Virus record (IMG/VR): IMGVR_UViG_3300032214_001346
Span: 1-64,000 of that record
Strand: one strand, 5' to 3'
Length of the DNA: 64,000 nucleotides
DNA from: a virus
Below are positions 50,692 through 58,648 of this stretch, piece by piece (positions within the stretch are counted from its first letter, which is position 1; each line of letters starts with the position of its first letter). The position numbers and the translations under genes were made by a program. The notes under the pieces were generated by a model. That model did no database searches and had not been told where the DNA came from. It worked only from the letters and a program-made list of their open reading frames with translations.

Positions 50692-50723
50692 TTCACATCA
50701 ATAAAATATTTTATTGATGTGAA
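50692..50723. repeat. Perfect 32-bp palindrome TTCACATCAATAAAAT|ATTTTATTGATGTGAA
   Basis: Checked base by base; no loop. Confidence 0.9.
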
Positions 50724-50783
50724 TTTACTTATAATAATATCATAAATTAATTTATTTGTTAAAAAAATAAACGGTTTTAAAAG

Positions 50784-50809
50784 TACCCACTAATACGCTT
50801 TAGTGGGTA
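50784..50809. terminator. Dispersed 26-bp hairpin TACCCACTAA-N6-TTAGTGGGTA (copies also at 52620-52645, 54843-54868, 57759-57784; variant 24260-24283)
   Basis: Always at gene 3' ends or between convergent genes. Confidence 0.75.
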
Positions 50810-50816
50810 GCCTTAA

Positions 50817-51605
50817 TTAAATTACGTCAACCACAGATGGATACCACTGTAGGGACTGGACGGTTTTATTATGTCCTTTAGCTGTATCCAAAACTATTTG
50901 AGAATACTCTTTACCCTCTTCCGTTGGCAACCACAACGGGCTAGAACTGCTGGTATTTTTAGTTTGCATCCCTTTTTCCATCAAGAGTAAATTCATCCTT
51001 CTAGCGGAAATTTCTAGCCCTGTTTTTTGAGCATAAAGTTCTGCCAATTTACCAGGGCGCACCAGTTCCTTCTCTACAGGAATGCCTAAGAGGGTTTTTG
51101 ATTCTTCCATGGCAGATGCTAACGCAGGATAGCTTTTGGCAATCTGATTAGCTTTGACCCCTGCTATTAAACGTGAGTCTATGGCTGTACAAGCAAATAC
51201 TAAATCTATCGCTGTACTTATTTGTTGCATTTCCGGTTGCATGGGAGTCACACCCGGATAACTACCTGATTTCCTGATCGCTGGCAATACTTGTGATGTT
51301 ACCCACCGCTTAAACTCTTTAGCTTGTGGTTTATGACTTCCAAAAATACAAGCGTACAATCCAGACTCATTAATGATTGAAACCTTGAAAGTATTGCTGC
51401 TAAAGGATTCCGCCAAAATGGCGGAATCTAATTTTTTGGGATTAATCACATCCTTGTCTTCAGTATCTACGAGGTTCAGCATTTTTGATAAATCGGCATA
51501 ATCAAAAATTTCTGCAACATCTTTAGCTACAAACCAAGGTTCGCCGTCAATCATCAAAACGCGGACTTGGTTGTTATTAAAATTAAAAGCTGTTAAAGTA
51601 GTCAT
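50817..51605 (-). CDS. BRO-N domain antirepressor-like protein
   Basis: F.F.N..VRV...DGEPWFVAKDV, INESGLY..I..S.KP.AK.FKRWVT..VLP.IRK.G.Y. Confidence 0.92.
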   Translation of the reverse strand: MTTLTAFNFNNNQVRVLMIDGEPWFVAKDVAEIFDYADLSKMLNLVDTEDKDVINPKKLDSAILAESFSSNTFKVSIINESGLYACIFGSHKPQAKEFKRWVTSQVLPAIRKSGSYPGVTPMQPEMQQISTAIDLVFACTAIDSRLIAGVKANQIAKSYPALASAMEESKTLLGIPVEKELVRPGKLAELYAQKTGLEISARRMNLLLMEKGMQTKNTSSSSPLWLPTEEGKEYSQIVLDTAKGHNKTVQSLQWYPSVVDVI

Positions 51606-51735
51606 AGTTGACCTGTTAGTTAGGTTGACCCCAGCGATAAGACTTCATGGGTGGCTGTATCCACCTTTTGAAGTGCTGGTATTTTAATTATAACACTTAA
51701 TCGCAAATATAACTACACTTATTGATATAATAATT

Positions 51736-52616
51736 ATGTATTTTATTGATAGCCAGGGCATGATTAATCAGATAATTCATGGTGATTGTTTTGAAGTTTT
51801 GAAAGATATTCCTGATGGTTCTATTGACGCTGTAATCACAGATCCGCCTTACATGACAACTGATTTAAACTTTGATAAAACAGGCTTTGATGTTGACTTA
51901 TTCTTAAAATTATTATTACCAAAACTTAAAAGTGATGGACAATTAGCTGTATTTGGGAGTATTGAATTACTTGCTAAGTTTAGCGGTATTTATCCTATTA
52001 GATGGTCAGGAATGTGGCTGAAACAAAGCGGAGTAATGAGAACTCATACAGCCAAGAAACCTATGAGCAAAAGCGAACCTTACTGTATATTTGCTCACCC
52101 AAAACATAAAGTATCAAACCTTGTTTATAACAAAATATTATTGCCAGGAGAGCCTTATGAAAAAAACAAAAAAATACTGGCTATATTAGAGACGGCAAAA
52201 ATCAAATAGATAGAGCAAATACTTCTGCATGGACTAAGGACGGGTATATCTCAAAAAACCTGGGTACAAGACAACAAACAGATGTTATTGAAGCACCAAA
52301 TAAAAGTTGCTTAAAACACCATGAAAGAACCATTCACCCCACACAAAAGCCTGTAGCACTGATATCTACATTGGTTCAGTGGATAACCAACCCCGGCGAT
52401 TTAGTCCTTGACCCATTTGCTGGTAGTGGTACAACGGCACTAGCCTGTAAAGAACTTGGTAGAAACTATATCTGCATTGAGAAGGAACGGGAATATGTTG
52501 ATATTATTCATAAACGCTTAAACACTCCCATTACTGAGAGAGGCTTAACTGTAGAGGAACAGGTAGAGATTGAAGAGAAGACTAAGCCACCTTATCAGCA
52601 GTTGTCATTGTTTTAA
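51736..52616 (+). pseudogene. N4/N6 DNA methyltransferase split by a -1 frameshift at A7-C-A7 (52160-52174); may be recoded or an assembly error
   Basis: IIHGDC and TDPPY in frame 1; HPTQKP and [11 protein letters not shown] continue without a stop in the -1 frame from 52173. Confidence 0.8.
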
Positions 52617-52651
52617 AAATACCCACTAAAGCGTATTAGTGGGTATGGGAA

Positions 52652-53425
52652 TTATTCACCAATTAATCTTTGTCTAGTATCTCCAAATATTAAATCAATG
52701 ACTTCATCCAATGAATCAGGTGCAACATACTCACTAGTAGAGTGCCTCGTAACGGGTATTAATAAATCATCACGGTTCATGTTCCGTAATTTATCAGCTA
52801 CCCATTTAAGCGAAGGTATCTTTTGTCCAGTACGCTTTTTAATTTCTGCTTTGAGTTGATCAGCAGTCAGGATTTTGGATACTTTACCCGTTTTTAGTTG
52901 CACAATCTCAGTAGCCAAAACTTCAGACTTGACAATCTGATCTGACATCCCTCTTAATGCTAAAACTGTTTCTTTGCCGTGCATAGTGAGCATAGACGAG
53001 TCTATTTCTTTGCCTTTGTTAATTTCCTTGGCAACTGCTAACTGAAGTTCTAGCTCACGGATACGCTCTGACTGTTGGGGAATAACGGTTTTTATGACGG
53101 CTTTAGCATCTTTAAATGCTTTGACCAGCGATCGCTTACATTGTCTAACCTTATCAGTGTTTTTGGATAAAGTCATTACGTAAGTAGCTTGGTCTTCATT
53201 CAAATAACAGAAAACGGTTGTATTCTTTGCACCGACTGAGTTTATTGCAGTTCCGTTTTCAAATCGGAGGTATCCAAACTCTTGAATTTCTGTCCAGTAT
53301 TTCTTGATTGTTCTAACAAATGATTCATGCTCAATACTTAGCTCCCTGGCAATGAGTCGGGAATCAACAACCAGTTTACCATTTCTGTCAATTACGTCAA
53401 TTTGTGTTAAACTATTCATATCCAC
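52652..53425 (-). CDS. Rha family phage regulatory / antirepressor protein
   Basis: LVVDSRLIA.EL.I.H, YLNEDQA..VMTLSKNT..V...K..LV.AF. Confidence 0.85.
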   Translation of the reverse strand: MDMNSLTQIDVIDRNGKLVVDSRLIARELSIEHESFVRTIKKYWTEIQEFGYLRFENGTAINSVGAKNTTVFCYLNEDQATYVMTLSKNTDKVRQCKRSLVKAFKDAKAVIKTVIPQQSERIRELELQLAVAKEINKGKEIDSSMLTMHGKETVLALRGMSDQIVKSEVLATEIVQLKTGKVSKILTADQLKAEIKKRTGQKIPSLKWVADKLRNMNRDDLLIPVTRHSTSEYVAPDSLDEVIDLIFGDTRQRLIGE

Positions 53426-53570
53426 CTCTTATTTTTAAGTTGATTACCAGTGACATAACCGTTAGGAATGTTGATACCGTTCTTAACGGTGCTGGTATTT
53501 TAATTATAACACTTAATCGCAAATATGACTACACTTATTGATATAATAATTATGTGGTACTTAATGATTT

Positions 53571-54179
53571 TTGCAAAAGGGAATAAGCTTTATGGAAGTA
53601 ACATTAATCGCTTTAATCTTAATATCATATTTAGTCTACTTACTGCATTTTAAAATAATTCCATCATTGCAAAGATTAGATAAGAAAGTTTTTAAAAACA
53701 AGAACAGACCCAAGTTATCCCCAAATCAAGAATCAGAAATTAAAGGATATATGCGGCAGATATTAGCAACTACAAGCTTTAATCGTGTGTCCCTTTATTT
53801 CTTAGACTCACCATACATAAACAACAATCTTATTCAAGCAGACTCTTACACATTATGGATAGAAGCGTCTAAATCTATTCCTATGCGAAAAGACACTAAA
53901 TTATCTTTTGCTTATATCAGTGAAGAATTTAACCGCATGATACAGGCAAAAATAACTCATAAATATTATAAAAACGCTAAAGAGGGTCTAATATGTCAGG
54001 TGTGGTTGCGCGATCGCCATACTGTCAGCTATGGGATATATATAATCAATGACTGTTCATTTTTGTTACTGGAAATTGCTATTACTCAACTTCCTAAATT
54101 ATTTTATATTTTATTGAGACACAATAAACACGGGGATTATGTTAGTCCGTGTTCTGCGGTAGCCCGTGTTTTACGGTAG
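53571..54179 (+). CDS. Membrane-anchored hypothetical protein (start probably 53592)
   Basis: N-terminal TM; similarity to 48427..49257. Confidence 0.5.
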   Translation: MQKGISFMEVTLIALILISYLVYLLHFKIIPSLQRLDKKVFKNKNRPKLSPNQESEIKGYMRQILATTSFNRVSLYFLDSPYINNNLIQADSYTLWIEASKSIPMRKDTKLSFAYISEEFNRMIQAKITHKYYKNAKEGLICQVWLRDRHTVSYGIYIINDCSFLLLEIAITQLPKLFYILLRHNKHGDYVSPCSAVARVLR

Positions 54180-54183
54180 CTGA

Positions 54184-54327
54184 TCAGCCATAAGCAGCTT
54201 CACTCATGTCTTCCCCAATGCAGTAGCCATAAAAGTATTGCTCGTTGTCTCTTGTTCCTTCTGGGTAGGGATTATTGTAAGGTTGATTGTTGAACCCAGC
54301 ATCATATCCTTCTTCGTATGCAGACAT
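54184..54327 (-). CDS. 47-aa Rmf/CrpP-fold-like small protein (not in ORF track)
   Basis: MSAYEEGYDAGFNNQPYNNPYPEGTRDNEQYFYGYCIG: AY..GY.AG...PY...Y..GY..G pattern. Confidence 0.5.
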   Translation of the reverse strand: MSAYEEGYDAGFNNQPYNNPYPEGTRDNEQYFYGYCIGEDMSEAAYG

Positions 54328-54879
54328 AGTTTTTCTCTACTTTCTATAGAATTAATGTAGTTTCCTGCTTTTCATAGGGAAACATAACAATTATTGTATC
54401 ACGAATAATTATAATTATTTAAAGTTTTATGGTAGCTATGTTATGAGTGTTAGCTGCTAGTTTTAATCCGGCTTTCAAAAGTAAGTTAATATTAAATTAA
54501 TGATTTTGGGTATAATTATGACACAATCTTTGTATTTTTTTAATAATAGCAAAGTTACTCCTGAAAAGGTTGAATTAAGGTCGCCTTTGTCTTGCATTAG
54601 TGCTTATGAAGAAACTTTAGAATCTCTTTTGTGTACGGCTGATTATCTTTCTCCTGTTTCCACTAGCTTTATGATGAATGACGCTGTGTGGGGGGCTATT
54701 GAAGGGATTATCAGAGATCAAATATCAGCGTTAAAACTTTCTCTTGAGGAACAATTTGATCTGTTGCAAGACCATCAAGTTCTTGGTAATTTGTTTAGGC
54801 ACAATTTATTACTGGTAACTGTTTATTAATAAACAGTGTATTTACCCACTAAAGCGTATTAGTGGGTAGTGGAAATAAG

Positions 54880-55299
54880 CTACTTCACTGGATACCATGT
54901 ATCAGATCGCCGCTGCTCTTGCCATGCCAGCTTTGACAAAGTGGCTTGTAAATAAGAAATTGCCTTCTTTTTAGCATCCTCTTCATATACGGCATAGACG
55001 TAAAATCTATATACGTCTTCGAGAAAAGAATAGCCCTCTTCAGATGAATTTATTCCAATCCATCCTTTGGAGACATATACAGGGTATTCCTCTTTAGCAG
55101 GAATTTTTACCGTATACGGAGTTTCATTATGCTTCGGCAATTCTGGAATTGTCAAGACTTCCAATTCTTCAATCTGTGCTGACTCATCATCTTTAAATCC
55201 CCACAGGACTTTTGCTCTTTCTGCATCTTCCATGGATGCGAAAGCACCGTGAACTTGGTAATCGTCGTATTCACCAGATGTGAGTAGGTATACTTGCAT
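54880..55299 (-). CDS. Hypothetical phage protein
   Basis: VYL...GEY.DY.V.G.F.S.E.AE.A N-terminus common in phage proteins. Confidence 0.6.
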   Translation of the reverse strand: MQVYLLTSGEYDDYQVHGAFASMEDAERAKVLWGFKDDESAQIEELEVLTIPELPKHNETPYTVKIPAKEEYPVYVSKGWIGINSSEEGYSFLEDVYRFYVYAVYEEDAKKKAISYLQATLSKLAWQEQRRSDTWYPVK

Positions 55300-55550
55300 T
55301 AAATTAACTCCAATAAAATTGTTAGTGCTGATTGGATGCTGTTGATTGCATCCTTGATTAATGCCCGCTTTTGGGTTGCGGGTTTATTTGGTTTAGAAAC
55401 TAACAACTCATCATTAGCTATTAGTTTCATGAACTTAGAAATGTTGGGGTCTTCACCCCACGTACAGCCAAACTCTAAAGCTTTATTCTCTAGCTTGGCT
55501 TTGTCTTCCATTGAGACGGAGAGCGTAATGCTCTCCTGTTTCCTGGTCAT
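55299..55550 (-). CDS. RHH-like protein resembling the N-terminus of cyanobacterial WYL regulators
   Basis: M.RK..SITLS....DKA.LE..A.EFG..WG..PNISK....IA..EL. Confidence 0.6.
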   Translation of the reverse strand: MTRKQESITLSVSMEDKAKLENKALEFGCTWGEDPNISKFMKLIANDELLVSKPNKPATQKRALIKDAINSIQSALTILLELI

Positions 55551-55885
55551 TGCAAATAAATTTCAACTTCTGTCCCTTTGTCGCGTAGATAAGGCGCAAA
55601 GCTTTCTTCATCTTCACCCAATACAATACAGGCGTTATTTACAGCATCATGAATGCTACAATCCATGAAAACTTGATGCTTGTAATACGTGGCTTTCATT
55701 ATGCTATTCTGTACCATTGTCAGAACCAGGGCTGATAATGGTGTACCACTTTTGCTGTACTGAGATGAGAAGTACAAATCTTCATCCCTTTTGACTTCAT
55801 AATTTAATCTATTTTCTAATGCTTGAGCCATAAACTTGTCATGCGCCAATTGCGCTAATTGCGATTCGTTTTCCCACCTAAACAT
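55547..55885 (-). CDS. Hypothetical protein
   Basis: ORF in operon with RBS. Confidence 0.5.
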   Translation of the reverse strand: MFRWENESQLAQLAHDKFMAQALENRLNYEVKRDEDLYFSSQYSKSGTPLSALVLTMVQNSIMKATYYKHQVFMDCSIHDAVNNACIVLGEDEESFAPYLRDKGTEVEIYLQ

Positions 55886-55899
55886 AAGTGTCCTTTTTA

Positions 55900-56340
55900 T
55901 TACAGGATTTTACTTGCGCCTATACAGTAACCGATTATCCGGTCACTCCATCCCAGTTTTTCCATCTCCTGAATGGGTGCAAACTGACTCATCCAATCCC
56001 AAGGATCAGACGGTCTGATTTTTAACCCAATCAATTCAGGAATTAATCTGAGCATTTCAGGTTTCCAATACCTTTGCAGACAGCCACCGACCTTAATAAA
56101 GGCCTTTTTAACTTGTTCCTCTGAATATGTGGGAACAAGAAAGTCCATTAAGTTCAGTTGCACTGGGGTGGTGACAGACTTAAGAGGGGGTTGAACAGCA
56201 GCCTCTATACTTGCAAGCTTATTCTCGCAGTCAATCAGGGCAATAATGTACTTACGAGCATTCCTAACGCCTATAGCTATTTGGTTTCTCAGCCTGGCGA
56301 TCGCTGACTTTAACTTTTTAACGATAAGTGCAACACCCAT
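55900..56340 (-). CDS. Hypothetical early protein
   Basis: AGGAG RBS; TTGACA box near 56429-56434. Confidence 0.55.
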   Translation of the reverse strand: MGVALIVKKLKSAIARLRNQIAIGVRNARKYIIALIDCENKLASIEAAVQPPLKSVTTPVQLNLMDFLVPTYSEEQVKKAFIKVGGCLQRYWKPEMLRLIPELIGLKIRPSDPWDWMSQFAPIQEMEKLGWSDRIIGYCIGASKIL

Positions 56341-56886
56341 GGTACAATACTCCTAATCACTTGGTTAATAGAGGCTTGGGCTGTCTCCCTTGTCTCTATA
56401 TTTATATCATTACACAATATTTTATCCTTGTCAATAAGAAATTGTCCGTATTTTAATATATTTTGTACTGAATTTTTAAAGTTGTAAATTGTACAATATG
56501 AAAAGAAGTAAGCGACGTAACCGACATCAACTAAAACAGCAACTAAGGAAATTAGATGCGATCGCGCTTAAACAAATCCATAGGAGCTATAACCTTTCTT
56601 CGGCTTCCTGGGGTGGTAGTCGTTGCCCTGGATGCGGAATAAGTATTCGACCGTGCCAACTGCTTAACGCTGATTTTAGCCGGACTTTAGTAGATGAACA
56701 CAGTAGATGGGTTGGGCATATTTCAGGGCATTTTCTACCTTGCAAAAAAGTTAAACGCTGTCCCGGCGAAAGGGATTGGTTTTAAAGTTTCGGGAATTGA
56801 TATTATTTTTGCCATTAAAGGGATTGATTATAGTTGCATGATGTGAATCATCGTTTTCAATAATCCAATGTCTTTAATGGCTATTT

Positions 56887-57218
56887 TTATCCACAATCAG
56901 GTTTTCCAGCTACGGAAAAACCACAAGCGGAAAAACCAGCTACGGAAAAACCACAAGCGGAAAATCCGGCTACGGAAAATCCGGCTACGGAAAATCTGCT
57001 ATATAATAAATATCTATTCCAATAAGTATTTAATTAAAGAATTATCTAAAGAGGAAGTATCTAAGCGGAATGCCCCTCATAAGAGGATTTAAGAAAAGAA
57101 CTAACACAACAGATATCTGTTATTCCTGGCTTAAAGACAAATATTTTTAGAGAACAGATAAATCACTCATTGGATCAGGTTATGCCCGCCCGCCGCGCTT
57201 AAAAATGACAAGAAGCTA
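56887..57218 (+). pseudogene. Non-coding inverted copy of the initiator's origin segment: DnaA box TTATCCACA (56887-56895), six 15-bp iterons (56906-56995), AT-rich tract
   Basis: Translates to SGFPATEKPQAEKPATEKPQAENPATENPATENLLYNKYLFQ*, then frameshifted homology to EEVS...QIS.IP.LK...QIN.SLD.V.PA. Confidence 0.85.
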
Positions 57219-57318
57219 TAGATAGTAAAGCGTAAATTACATCACTCAACTACAATCAAGTACCTTCATGGCGGAAATAACACCAATTCCTGTAATTCCT
57301 GTTTCTCCTATGAGTCCA

Positions 57319-57337
57319 CTTGCAATTAACCCAGTTC
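57319..57337 (-). CRISPR. Isolated 19-nt 3' half of the CRISPR repeat (GAACTGGGTTAATTGCAAG)
   Basis: Exact match to the array repeat. Confidence 0.75.
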
Positions 57338-57388
57338 AGGTGTCTTTATTTTAGTAAAGAAAGCCTTGAAAGCCTTATATTCTCGATC

Positions 57389-57476
57389 CGTTAAAAGTAA
57401 CGTTGGAGTCGTTAAAAGTAACGTTGGAGTCGTTAAAAGTAAGGTTGGAGTCGTTAAAAGTAACGTTGGAGTCGTT
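57389..57476. repeat. 4 x 21-bp tandem repeat CGTTAAAAGTAACGTTGGAGT (iteron-like)
   Basis: Four contiguous units with one substitution; followed by an AT-rich TTAATTAACA duplication. Confidence 0.9.
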
Positions 57477-57565
57477 GAATTTAAGGTTTCATCTATATTA
57501 TTAAACAATCTTAATTAACAGTCTTAATTAACAATCTTTAGCTTAAGCGTAAATAAAAAAGCTTC

Positions 57566-57695
57566 TTTAAGAAAAGAACTAATACAACAGATATCTGTTA
57601 TTCCTGGCTTAAAAGTAAATATTTTTAGAGAACAGATAAATCACTCATTGGATCAGGTTATGCCCGCCGCCGCGCTTAAAAATGACAAAAAGCTA
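57566..57695 (+). repeat. About 130-bp direct repeat of 57088-57218
   Basis: TTTAAGAAAAGAACTAA...CACTCATTGGATCAGGTTATGCCCG...AAAAATGACAA nearly identical. Confidence 0.9.
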
Positions 57696-57807
57696 ATAGA
57701 CTTTGGTTCAGAATTTATAAAGCAATTTTAAAGCGTACTTATTGAATAAATAAAAAAATACCCACTAAAGCGTGTTAGTGGGTATCAGGTTGAAACCTAC
57801 AATGCAA

Positions 57808-58011
57808 CTATAACACTGTTGAAACAGCCAAGACATCATTCATGTCTTGTCCATAATATTGAACTTCAGCGGTTCTCCGTCCAAAGCGAATATCCGCGTT
57901 TCCGCCGAAGGCTCTAATTTTCCCTGCGGACATCTTGACGTACACCTGGTTATCGTCCGTTAGGGAAAAATACCCGCAGACTGGTACATCTTTAAATTGT
58001 CTAAGCTTCAT
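57808..58011 (-). CDS. 67-aa hypothetical protein with its own consensus promoter (TTGACA-17-TAGACT, 58046-58074)
   Basis: AGGAG RBS, promoter and downstream hairpin terminator. Confidence 0.65.
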   Translation of the reverse strand: MKLRQFKDVPVCGYFSLTDDNQVYVKMSAGKIRAFGGNADIRFGRRTAEVQYYGQDMNDVLAVSTVL

Positions 58012-58115
58012 TGTTTTGTCTCCTTGTCTCCTGATTTATAAATATAGTCTATCTTATTTTTTGTTTACTGTCAAGTGGTTTTAGAAAATATTTGTTTCGC
58101 TTGCTTGCTTGAATT

Positions 58116-58223
58116 CTTGCAATTAACCCAGTCCCTCAAGTCCGGTTTCACCACGCTGAAACACAATTTAATACTTTAACTTACACCTTGCAATTAACTC
58201 AGTCCCTCAAGGTCGATTTCACC
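58116..58223 (-). CRISPR. Degenerate mini-array: two diverged 37-bp repeats (58116-58152, 58187-58223) and one 34-nt spacer
   Basis: CTTGCAATTAAC.CAGT and TTTCACC ends conserved; centre diverged. Confidence 0.85.
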
Positions 58224-58353
58224 TTTACCCCTATTATAGCATTATTTCTTATTAGGAAACAATTGCTCAAGTACCCGTCCTACAGTAGTTCCTAACCACT
58301 GACCACCGCGTTTTGAGGGTATGTTTTTATTGTTTAAATAATCTGCGATCTAG

Positions 58354-58593
58354 CTAAAAATCAACTCTACCATCACTGTTTAATTGGAATGTTTCGGCGT
58401 AGTCCTTGGCGATGAAACTGCTTATTAAGTCTACAGTGGTTACTTCGTTCATGGTTTTGTCGTAATACTGAGCATAATCTGATATGGTTTTATAGGCCAC
58501 TATTAGGTTTATGGCACTAGCTTTTAGTTCCGGGTTGTTCCAATCTGTCTTGTTGATGAACGCCAATTCTTTGCTGATATCCATTAATTCCAT
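58354..58593 (-). CDS. 79-aa hypothetical protein lying between the main array and the mini-array
   Basis: ORF behind a TGCTATAAT box; flanked by 36-bp direct repeats. Confidence 0.6.
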   Translation of the reverse strand: MELMDISKELAFINKTDWNNPELKASAINLIVAYKTISDYAQYYDKTMNEVTTVDLISSFIAKDYAETFQLNSDGRVDF

Positions 58594-58648
58594 AGCTTTT
58601 AAGGGGTAGGTTTTACCCCTATTATAGCATTATTTCTTATTAGGAAAT

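Noticed and set aside
56868-57508. ORFs 56868..57092 and 57326..57508 as real genes
   Set aside because: They are read-throughs of tandem repeats; the first is out of frame with the initiator homology.
58153-58186. Mini-array spacer shares AACACAATTTAAT with the switch region (29324-29336)
   Set aside because: A 13-nt AT-rich match is plausible by chance in 64 kb and lies outside the 5' seed of the predicted guide.
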